A stretch of 32,000 nucleotides of DNA from an uncultured Alphaproteobacteria bacterium (GCA_934246625.1 CAKQHZ010000001.1:540001-572000); one strand, 5' to 3'; shown: positions 15,962 through 23,304, counted from the stretch's first letter. The notes: generated by a model not told the origin, from the letters alone. Made by a program: numbers and translations.

Positions 15962-15990
15962 AATATATAGTATAAAACGAAATCTGTCAA
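15962..15990 (-). promoter_or_regulatory. near-consensus sigma70-type promoter of the type I R-M operon
   Basis: Minus strand: TTGACA (15990-15985), 17 nt spacer, TATATT (15967-15962). The first in-frame ATG begins 7 nt after the -10 hexamer. Confidence 0.55.
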
Positions 15991-16251
15991 GAAAAATTTG
16001 CAATATTTTAATATTGTTATACTTTCTTTCTGCTTTAAGGTATTTCAAAAAATATTGGTATCTTTGTAAATGTTCTAAAATAATAAGTTTCAAGAAAAAT
16101 AATGCTTTTCATATTATATCCCTAATTTTAGTAAAGGGGTGGGGATTTTGAATAATTGTTTTTAATGGTGGATTGATTTTTTTAATCAGTAAAAATCCTT
16201 CAAAAATAAATTTTAAAGTTTGGATATTCAATAAAATCAAGGAGTTAATAT

Positions 16252-16325
16252 TGGAGCGGGTGAAGGGAATCGAACCCTCACGGCCAGCTTGGAAGGCTGG
16301 AACTCTACCATTGAGCTACACCCGC
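16252..16325 (-). tRNA. tRNA-Gly, anticodon UCC, CCA encoded
   Basis: The reverse complement is GCGGGTGTAGCTCAATGGTAGAGTTCCAGCCTTCCAAGCTGGCCGTGAGGGTTCGATTCCCTTCACCCGCTCCA. It folds as a cloverleaf: 7-bp acceptor GCGGGTG/CACCCGC, anticodon stem CCAGC/GCTGG with loop CTTCCAA, and a T-arm with GTTCGATTC. Confidence 0.93.
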
Positions 16326-16589
16326 AAAGATAAAGATGTAGAAAAGAATATATCTTTTTTTTATAAGTTGCAAGTAAAAAATACAAAGTATGCTGATTTT
16401 ATTCTTTTTTATTTAAAATTTTTGTAAACTCTTTGAAAATAATTTTACTTTAACTTAAATAATTTAACTATTTGATTTTTTATAAATAATATTTTTTGTT
16501 TGAAAAAATGAAAAAAAATAGTGGAAATTTCTAAAATATACTATATATTTGTTTTTGTAAGATAATATTTCATATATAAGGAGATAAAA

Positions 16590-17588
16590 ATGGAAGAAAT
16601 TATTTTCCCTAATAAAATAAGATTATTAAGAAAAATGGCTGGTAAATCTATGCAAGATTTGGCTGACCAACTTGGTGTAAGTTTATCTGCAATTTCAAAA
16701 ATTGAAAAAGGTTATAGAAAAATTGACCAAGAACAAATGATGATTGTTGCAAATTTCCTTGGTTGTTCTATGACAGATATTTTTATTTCTGAAGATGAAG
16801 ACGATGAAGCAATACTTGTTGCTTGGAAAAAAGAAATTGAAAGACGTGTCCAACTTAATCAAAATAATGGACTTAAAATTTTTGGTGCTGGCTTAAGACT
16901 TATCAGAAGTAATAAAGATATGACTTTGATGGAAGTCGCAGAAGCTGCTGGATTGACTTTGTCTGTGTATCATAGAATTGAAATAGGTCAACGTGAAATT
17001 TATGAACAAGAATTGTTTAATATTGCACGTGCTCTTGGTATGACAACCAAAGAAGTTTTAACAAAAATTTATGAGCTTAAAAAAGATGGAAGTCTTGATA
17101 GATTTATCAATTCAGGTAATAACCCAATCGATTCTATTGCAAAAATGAGTGATATTCTTAAAACAACAGAAAATGTTTATACTCCATCTGGTGTTGTTAA
17201 GTTTAATAAGGTTCTTGTTTATTCAAAAACTTTGGAAAATGGAAATATGATTGTGGATAAGGCAAACAAAGATTATGTCGTATATCCTGTAAGTGATAAA
17301 AAAGTTGAAAATATTTATGCTTTGGAACTTTCAAGCAGACGTCTTGGAAACATTATTCCTATGCGTTCAATTCTTTTTGTTGATGCAAATCAAGCTGTAA
17401 GAAGTGGTGATATTGCGGTTCAAGTTCTTCAAGATTTGGACGATAAAATGGAAATCCGCTTTGTTTCTGTGAAGGAAGACATTGATGGAAAGTTTTATGG
17501 TGTAATGTTCAATCCAGATGAAAAGGTTGAATTAAGCTCAGCAGATTTGGCAAAACTTCAAAGAGTTGTTCTTATTTCAATGAGCTAA
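16590..17588 (+). CDS. XRE-family transcriptional regulator with two tandem HTH domains and an S24/LexA-like (apparently non-catalytic) C-terminal domain
   Basis: HTH 1: IRLLRKMAGKSMQDLADQLGVSLSAISKIEKG. HTH 2: LRLIRSNKDMTLMEVAEAAGLTLSVYHRIEIG. The C-terminal 120 aa or so resembles the S24 beta-fold (..IIPMRSILFVDANQAVRSGDIAV..), but the Ser and Lys positions appear substituted. SD AAGGAG lies upstream. Confidence 0.8.
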   Translation: MEEIIFPNKIRLLRKMAGKSMQDLADQLGVSLSAISKIEKGYRKIDQEQMMIVANFLGCSMTDIFISEDEDDEAILVAWKKEIERRVQLNQNNGLKIFGAGLRLIRSNKDMTLMEVAEAAGLTLSVYHRIEIGQREIYEQELFNIARALGMTTKEVLTKIYELKKDGSLDRFINSGNNPIDSIAKMSDILKTTENVYTPSGVVKFNKVLVYSKTLENGNMIVDKANKDYVVYPVSDKKVENIYALELSSRRLGNIIPMRSILFVDANQAVRSGDIAVQVLQDLDDKMEIRFVSVKEDIDGKFYGVMFNPDEKVELSSADLAKLQRVVLISMS

Positions 17589-17648
17589 AAAAAATAAATT
17601 AGTTTGAGGGGAAAAAGAAATTATTTTGATGATTTCTTTTAGGGGCTA

Positions 17649-18434
17649 ATGGATAATAAAAATAACTTAAATTTTAGTGAATTTCAATCAAGGGAAAGAG
17701 CTATCGCAGTTGGAAAAAGGTATCTTAACCTTTTTCATCAACTTCATGTGATTCAAGCTGGATTAACAGTGTTGAATAAGGATTTTATTGCTTTGCCTGA
17801 TGATGTTATTGCTATATTGCCAGAGCTTGCTGGTGGTGCAAAGTTCAGACAACATATTTTAAATTTGAAATCTGGTATTACTCCGATTGATAAAATTGAT
17901 GCAGATTTGCTTCCTTTTGGTGAAGAAGTTTTTGATGATAAGGATTTGTATATAAAATATACTCAATATAATACAAATTCTAAAGCTAAAAAAACGGAAA
18001 ATAAAGTTTCTGATAAAAAAGAGGTTGTCTCTGAAGTTGTCAAAGAAGAAGTTGCAGAAAGTCTTGATGATGAAAATGCAAAGGTGATTTTTGAACTTCT
18101 TAGAAAATTTCAAAATAATCCAAAGGATTTAGAAGCATTTAAGTCAAAGGAAGAAGTTCGTGATTTTGGACCAGAATGGAAATCAAAAATTTCAGAATTG
18201 ATTGAAAAATCAAATGAAAAGGATAAGTCCAATTTGAAAAAGATTTTTGATGGTCTTTGTATTTTTGATTATGCTTTGAATATTTGGCAAGAATGTGTTG
18301 CATTGATTAAAAATCCAAAATCAAAGAGTAAAGAAGATGTTGCATCAAAACTTGACGAATATAAAAAGTATTTGAATATGTTTGGAGATGCGGGAAATCG
18401 TTTGTATGAAAAAGTCGAATCTTTAACTAAATAA
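17649..18434 (+). CDS. hypothetical acidic protein (261 aa); C-terminal domain paralogous to the N-terminal domain of the next gene
   Basis: SD AGGGG lies 3 nt upstream of the ATG. No signal peptide. Central Lys/Glu-rich linker. The C-terminal FGPEWK...FDYALNIW...EYKKYLNMFGDAGNRLYEK aligns with aa 42-123 of the 18445 gene. Confidence 0.65.
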   Translation: MDNKNNLNFSEFQSRERAIAVGKRYLNLFHQLHVIQAGLTVLNKDFIALPDDVIAILPELAGGAKFRQHILNLKSGITPIDKIDADLLPFGEEVFDDKDLYIKYTQYNTNSKAKKTENKVSDKKEVVSEVVKEEVAESLDDENAKVIFELLRKFQNNPKDLEAFKSKEEVRDFGPEWKSKISELIEKSNEKDKSNLKKIFDGLCIFDYALNIWQECVALIKNPKSKSKEDVASKLDEYKKYLNMFGDAGNRLYEKVESLTK

Positions 18435-18444
18435 GGAATAAAAG

Positions 18445-19443
18445 ATGAGTTTTTTTCAAAAATTCTTTCAGAAAAAAATAACTATCCAAGATGTTTTATT
18501 ATCTTTGGAAAATTTTTCAAATGATGTAAAGTCATTGAATAATGTTTCACAAATTTCATCTGAATTTTTTGGGGTGAATTGGAAATTTAATTTGGAAATG
18601 TATATCAATACTATACCAAAAGATGATAAGGAAAAATATTTATCCTTGTTTTATAATGTATTGACTTTTGATAAGGCTTTGGGGCTTTGGACTTCGGCAC
18701 AGCAGGTTTTAAAGGGTGCGAAAACTTTGTCTGCTGATATGATAAAGGATATTGGTGAGTATGAGGAGTATTTACCAAAATTTGGTGTTGAAGGAGTAAG
18801 GCTTCTTGAAAAATTTAAGGAAAAATTTAATTTCCCTAATGTTATAACTCCAAAAGATGAAAATGTTGTTGAAGATACAAAAAAGGTTGAAGATGTCGTT
18901 GATGTAAACGAAAACGAATCCGAACCTGAGACTGAAAAAGTTGAAGTGCAGGAAGATGTTAAGACTACTCCTGTGTCCTCAAAAATTTTGCATAAAGTTT
19001 CAGTAAAAGATTTGGAAGAGGGTGTATTTTGTAAATTCCCACGTGAAGAAAAAACTTTTGAAGAAGATAAAGTTGAACCAGTTGTTAATAATAGTATGGG
19101 TGATGATTGGGAATTGAAAAATTTTAGAATGGTTCATAATTTTGTTTCACAGGTTCGTGAGGTAATGTCTGCTATTTCTTTGTTTAAAAATGCTCAATCA
19201 TTGGAAGAATATCCTTACTATGGTTTTGTTATTGACACTATTGATTATTTGATTGCTCAGGGAAACAAGATTTTATCAATAAAATCCAATGAAGAAATAG
19301 AAAAGTATTTTCCCGCTGGGGCAAAGGAAGTTGAAGATATAATTTCATTTTATACTAAACAAAAACAAGATGAAGTTGTTATGCCAGTTGAAATGAAATC
19401 TGATGAAAAAGATAAAAAAGAATATGAAATTATAGAAGATTAA
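18445..19443 (+). CDS. hypothetical acidic protein (332 aa); N-terminal domain paralogous to the preceding gene
   Basis: 10-nt gap after the previous gene, containing AGGAA. FGVNWK...FDKALGLW...EYEEYLPKFGVEGVRLLEK matches the previous protein. Asp/Glu/Val-rich linker at aa 135-215. No signal peptide. Confidence 0.65.
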   Translation: MSFFQKFFQKKITIQDVLLSLENFSNDVKSLNNVSQISSEFFGVNWKFNLEMYINTIPKDDKEKYLSLFYNVLTFDKALGLWTSAQQVLKGAKTLSADMIKDIGEYEEYLPKFGVEGVRLLEKFKEKFNFPNVITPKDENVVEDTKKVEDVVDVNENESEPETEKVEVQEDVKTTPVSSKILHKVSVKDLEEGVFCKFPREEKTFEEDKVEPVVNNSMGDDWELKNFRMVHNFVSQVREVMSAISLFKNAQSLEEYPYYGFVIDTIDYLIAQGNKILSIKSNEEIEKYFPAGAKEVEDIISFYTKQKQDEVVMPVEMKSDEKDKKEYEIIED

Positions 19444-19498
19444 ATTTTTGCTGGTATTTATTGAAAATACAATATAAAATAAATCCGTGTGAGGTAAA

Positions 19499-20785
19499 AT
19501 GAAGTTAAATAAATTTTTATATATAGCAAGTTTTTTATTTATAATTTCTTGTTCAGATGATTATAACAATGGTATGGTTATGCAAACACCTTATGTTGTA
19601 GAAAATTCTTCTTATGATATAAAGGTTAATGATTATGTTCCTGTGTTTGATAAAACTCCATCTCGAACTTTGGAAAATGTAGAAAAATTTAATTTGGAAA
19701 CTCCTCTTCGTTGTGAAGTCGATTGGGATTCTCAATCTATTATTTCAACACAACCTTTTGCAAGACGTGATTTCTTCTTGGAACGTGTTGATAAGGGTGA
19801 TGCCTTGCCAGTATTAAAAGTTGATAACCTTTCTTTTGAAAATAAACCTGTAGATGAAGTTTTAAGAACTTTGCTTAAAAATACAGGGATTCAGGTTTAT
19901 GCAACCGATTTATATTATAAAAAGATTTCACAAAGTGAATTAAGTGGTGATTTGACAAAGGTTGTTGATTTAATTGCTTCACTTGGAAATGTTTATTATT
20001 CTTATGATAACAGAATTAAACGAATCACATTACGAAAATTTGCAAAATGGAATTTGCATGTGCCACTTTCTTCTGATGTAATACTTGCAATGGAAGATGC
20101 TTTGCGTGGTGCGGATATTGATGATATTGTTATTGATTGGGAAGACAAGGTTATTATATTTCAGGGTGATGTTGTTGTTGAAGACAAGGTTAGAAATATA
20201 GTTAATAAGTTTGAACGTGAGAATTATTTGCTTGCCTTTGATATTGATGTTTATCGTGTTTATCCAAAAACTTTGAATGGTTCAATTATTTGGATGAATA
20301 TTTTAGAGGCGTTTAATCCTAGGTCAATAAAGTTATCTCAAAAGGGTTTGATTGGTAGAGCTTTGGTTGTATCATCAAACTTTAATAGAGATAGTTTGAA
20401 CGAATTCCTTATTCCACAGGCTAATGTTGTGCTTGTATCAAGTGGAACTTTTATTACTCCTGACAGATGGCAAGGTAGATTTGATATTGGTAGATGTGGC
20501 CGTGAAGTAAGATTGGAAACTGATTTGAATATTTTGACTCAGGCTCAATTTTATCCAAATGATAAAAATGTTGGAAAACTTGATTCAACTATTGTGCTTA
20601 GAACTTCAAATGGTGATATTGCAAAATATACTGTGCCAAGTAGGTTAGGTGATAATATCCTTATTATTGGTATTCCAACACAATATTTTGTTGATGGAAA
20701 GGAAACTATTATTCCTCCTAATGCTGAGTTAGTTGTGCTTGTAAGTCCAAGAATTATTAAAATTGTTCATCCTCTTGAAAAATAG
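19499..20785 (+). CDS. secretin-like outer-membrane lipoprotein (428 aa; one N0-type domain plus a secretin-like C-terminal domain)
   Basis: Lipobox FIISC, with Cys at residue 18. N0-like segment LSFENKPVDEVLRTLLKNTGIQVYATD. The C-terminal region follows the secretin pattern as I recall it: FDIDVYRV..., ...VVLVSSGTFITPDRWQGRFDIG, IIGIPTQYF. It ends in ELVVLVSPRII, the typical secretin terminal motif. SD GAGG lies upstream. Confidence 0.55.
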   Translation: MKLNKFLYIASFLFIISCSDDYNNGMVMQTPYVVENSSYDIKVNDYVPVFDKTPSRTLENVEKFNLETPLRCEVDWDSQSIISTQPFARRDFFLERVDKGDALPVLKVDNLSFENKPVDEVLRTLLKNTGIQVYATDLYYKKISQSELSGDLTKVVDLIASLGNVYYSYDNRIKRITLRKFAKWNLHVPLSSDVILAMEDALRGADIDDIVIDWEDKVIIFQGDVVVEDKVRNIVNKFERENYLLAFDIDVYRVYPKTLNGSIIWMNILEAFNPRSIKLSQKGLIGRALVVSSNFNRDSLNEFLIPQANVVLVSSGTFITPDRWQGRFDIGRCGREVRLETDLNILTQAQFYPNDKNVGKLDSTIVLRTSNGDIAKYTVPSRLGDNILIIGIPTQYFVDGKETIIPPNAELVVLVSPRIIKIVHPLEK

Positions 20786-20792
20786 GTTTTTT

Positions 20793-22073
20793 ATGTTTAT
20801 TAAATATTTTGAACTTTTGGTCGCTTGGCGTTATTTGAAATCAAAAAGAAAAGATGGATTTATTTCTATTATAACTTATCTTTCCCTTATTGGTATTATG
20901 CTTGGTGTGGCAACTCTTATTATTGTTATGTCTGTGATGAATGGGTTTCGTGAAGAAATGCTTTCAAAAATTCTTGGTATGAATGGGCATATTACAGTAA
21001 TGTCAGCTTTTACTCGTGAAATCGATAATCAAAATAAGGTTGTGAATAAGATTGTGTCTTCTGATTTGTCCTCTTTTATAAAAGATAATGATTTTATTAT
21101 TCCGATTATCGAAGATCAGGTGATGATGTCATCTGAAGGAACTTCTTTGGGTGGAATGCTTCGTGCGATGAATATTGGGGATATAAAAAAGTTGTCTCCT
21201 GTGTTTAAAAGTGTGTATGGGCTTGATATGGAAGGTAATGATTTTCCTGTGCTTGAAAATGGTGATATTCTAATTGGTTATCAACTTGCAAATAAACTTG
21301 GGGTTGATATTGGTGATGAAATTACTTTGACTACAGCAAAAGGAAATATTACAGCATTTGGCACTATACCAAGGATAAAATCTTATCGTGTTGGTGCAGT
21401 GTTTAATACAGGAATGTCAATGTATGATTCTGGGTTTGTGTTTATGCAAATGCAAGATGCTCAACTTTTCTTTGATATGGAAAATAAAGTTTCTCATATT
21501 GAAATATTTTTAAACAATCCAGATGATGCAGGTGTGTTTGCAGGTTTACTTAAAAAGGCAATTTCTCCTATGTTTAGGGTTTATACATGGCAAGACCAAA
21601 ATTCATCTTTTGTGTCTGCATTAAATGTTGAACGTAATGTTATGTTTTTGATTTTGACTTTGATAATCCTTGTTGCTTCATTTAATATTATTTCATCTTT
21701 GGTTATGTTGGTGAAGGATAAATCTCATGATATTGCAGTGTTTAGGACTATTGGTGCAAGTCGTGGAAATATTATGAAAATATTTTTTATTGCGGGAAGT
21801 TTGATTGGTGTTGTTGGAACGTTTTTGGGGGTTGGACTTGGACTTGCGATAAGTTTTAATATTGAATGGGTAAGGCAAGTTTTTCAAAAATTAACAGGAA
21901 CAAAGTTATTTCCTGATGATGTTTATTTCTTGACTGAACTTCCTTCAAAGGTTGAATATAGTGAAGTTTTTTGGGTTGTGGCAATGTCATTGGCAATTTC
22001 ATTTTTGGCAACACTTTATCCATCACGAAAGGCTGCAAAACAAGAACCAATAGATGTGTTAAGGTATGAATAA
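20793..22073 (+). CDS. lolE: lipoprotein-releasing ABC transporter permease, LolC/E family (single permease gene)
   Basis: FELLVAWRYLKSKRKDGFISIITYLSLIGIMLGVATLIIVMSVMNGF is the characteristic LolC/E N-terminus. There is a large periplasmic loop and a C-terminal FtsX-like 3-TM bundle. I use ATG 20793 because the ORF-track TTG at 20763 would overlap the upstream gene. Confidence 0.88.
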   Translation: MFIKYFELLVAWRYLKSKRKDGFISIITYLSLIGIMLGVATLIIVMSVMNGFREEMLSKILGMNGHITVMSAFTREIDNQNKVVNKIVSSDLSSFIKDNDFIIPIIEDQVMMSSEGTSLGGMLRAMNIGDIKKLSPVFKSVYGLDMEGNDFPVLENGDILIGYQLANKLGVDIGDEITLTTAKGNITAFGTIPRIKSYRVGAVFNTGMSMYDSGFVFMQMQDAQLFFDMENKVSHIEIFLNNPDDAGVFAGLLKKAISPMFRVYTWQDQNSSFVSALNVERNVMFLILTLIILVASFNIISSLVMLVKDKSHDIAVFRTIGASRGNIMKIFFIAGSLIGVVGTFLGVGLGLAISFNIEWVRQVFQKLTGTKLFPDDVYFLTELPSKVEYSEVFWVVAMSLAISFLATLYPSRKAAKQEPIDVLRYE

Positions 22074-22827
22074 AATGGCTGATAATGTTATTTTAGAGTT
22101 GAAAAATATTACCAAAACTTTTAATCAAGGGGACAGTAAACTTGTGATTCTTGATGATGCTTCTTTTTCAATTAAAAGGGGTGAAATTGTTGCACTTATT
22201 GGTCCATCTGGAACTGGAAAATCTACACTTCTTTATATTGCTGGATTGCTTGATAAGGCAAGTAAAGGAGAAGTCATTATTGATGGAAAAAATACGCATA
22301 AGTTAAATGATAATCAAAAAACAAAACTAAGATGTAAAAAAATTGGGTTTGTGTATCAACAGCATAATTTATTTGCGGATTTTACTGCACTTGAAAATGT
22401 TATGATGCCGTTGTTGATTGCTGGTGTAAAAAAGAAAAGAGCCGTTGAAATTGCTTCTGTGCAGTTGGATAAAATGGGGCTTTCAAATCGATTGAATCAT
22501 AAATCAAGTGAGCTTTCTGGTGGTGAACAACAACGTGTGGCGATTGCCAGAGCTTTGGCAAATGCTCCTCAACTTTTGCTTGCCGATGAGCCGACTGGAA
22601 ATTTGGATCCGTATAATTCGGAATTTGTTTTTGAAAATTTGTTATCTCTGGTAAAAAATGATGGAATGACAGCATTTATTGCAACACATAATCCTATACT
22701 TGCAAATAAAATGGATAGAAAAGTTGCTTTGATTGATGGCAAATTAGTTGACATTGATTTAAAAGAAAATTATAATCTGCTTCACAAATCAATTATTGGT
22801 AAAAGAATTTTAGAATCATTTAAGTAG
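22066..22827 (+). CDS. lolD: lipoprotein-releasing ABC transporter ATP-binding protein
   Basis: Walker A GPSGTGKST, signature LSGGEQQRVAIARA, Walker B LLLADEPTGNLD. The start overlaps the lolE stop (ATGAATAA). ATG 22075 is an alternative start. Confidence 0.9.
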   Translation: MNKMADNVILELKNITKTFNQGDSKLVILDDASFSIKRGEIVALIGPSGTGKSTLLYIAGLLDKASKGEVIIDGKNTHKLNDNQKTKLRCKKIGFVYQQHNLFADFTALENVMMPLLIAGVKKKRAVEIASVQLDKMGLSNRLNHKSSELSGGEQQRVAIARALANAPQLLLADEPTGNLDPYNSEFVFENLLSLVKNDGMTAFIATHNPILANKMDRKVALIDGKLVDIDLKENYNLLHKSIIGKRILESFK

Positions 22828-22842
22828 TGAAAAGTTTTTGTT

Positions 22843-23304
22843 ATGAAGAATAAGCGTATTTTTAATTCTGACGATGTGTATAATTTTCGTGAATCTTTAA
22901 GTCATTATGGTATAATTCCAATTTTTCAACGATGGAATGAAATAAGTGATCGTTTTTATGAATTAGTTGGGTTTGCACGACCTTTGGATAATTCTGACCT
23001 TGATGTGATTAACTTTTTTAAGCAGAAGTTTTTTACAGAGATTTCTTTTGAAGATGCAAAGTATATGTTGAAAGGTTATATATATGTTATAAAGCATACT
23101 GATATTTATCATAAGGAAAATGATAAGTTAGAGATAAAAGTCCTTTCAAAAAAGTTGCCTGTTTCTGATAAAATGTTTCAAGATTTTTTTATGAAAATGA
23201 AAAAATTTCGAAAGGAAAAAATTTTGAATTACCTTCGTGAATTGGAAACTGCTCAATTTGCAAAAATTGCAACTTTTGATTTTGATGATGAAAAGAAACG
23301 ATAA
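22843..23304 (+). CDS. hypothetical protein (153 aa)
   Basis: Open frame 15 nt after lolD on the same strand. No motif recognised. Confidence 0.55.
   Translation: MKNKRIFNSDDVYNFRESLSHYGIIPIFQRWNEISDRFYELVGFARPLDNSDLDVINFFKQKFFTEISFEDAKYMLKGYIYVIKHTDIYHKENDKLEIKVLSKKLPVSDKMFQDFFMKMKKFRKEKILNYLRELETAQFAKIATFDFDDEKKR

Noticed and set aside
16137-16152. GGGTGGGGATTTTGAA, which vaguely resembles the tRNA-Gly 3' arm (GGGTGAAGGGAATCGAA) and could be an att remnant.
   Set aside because: The match needs two indels, it lies only about 100 nt from the tRNA itself, and no matching copy exists at the far edge of the R-M block. That is too weak to call.
16326-16380. A promoter for tRNA-Gly (minus strand TTGCAA ... 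TATATT).
   Set aside because: The spacer is only 15 nt by my count, and hexamer matches in such AT-rich DNA are common. It is not supported well enough to list as a feature.
16173-16427. An 84-aa plus-strand ORF.
   Set aside because: It runs straight through the tRNA-Gly gene on the opposite strand. The G+C-rich tRNA removes stop codons, so this is an artefact.
17613-17640. AAAAGAAAT / ATTTCTTTT hairpin after the XRE regulator as a terminator.
   Set aside because: It is a 9-bp stem with a single G-C pair and a 10-nt loop, immediately followed by the SD of the next gene. It is too weak to call a terminator, though it may attenuate.
16590-20785. Interpretation of the CI-like regulator plus 428-aa secretin as a filamentous-phage (inovirus) remnant encoding pIV.
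   Set aside because: There is no replication initiator, ssDNA-binding protein, small coat proteins, Zot/pI ATPase or integrase. The secretin candidate is lipidated, unlike pIV. I kept this as an alternative explanation only.
20763-20792. The TTG start proposed by the ORF track for lolE.
   Set aside because: It would overlap the last 23 nt of the upstream lipoprotein gene. The conserved LolC/E N-terminus begins at the ATG at 20793, just after the upstream stop.
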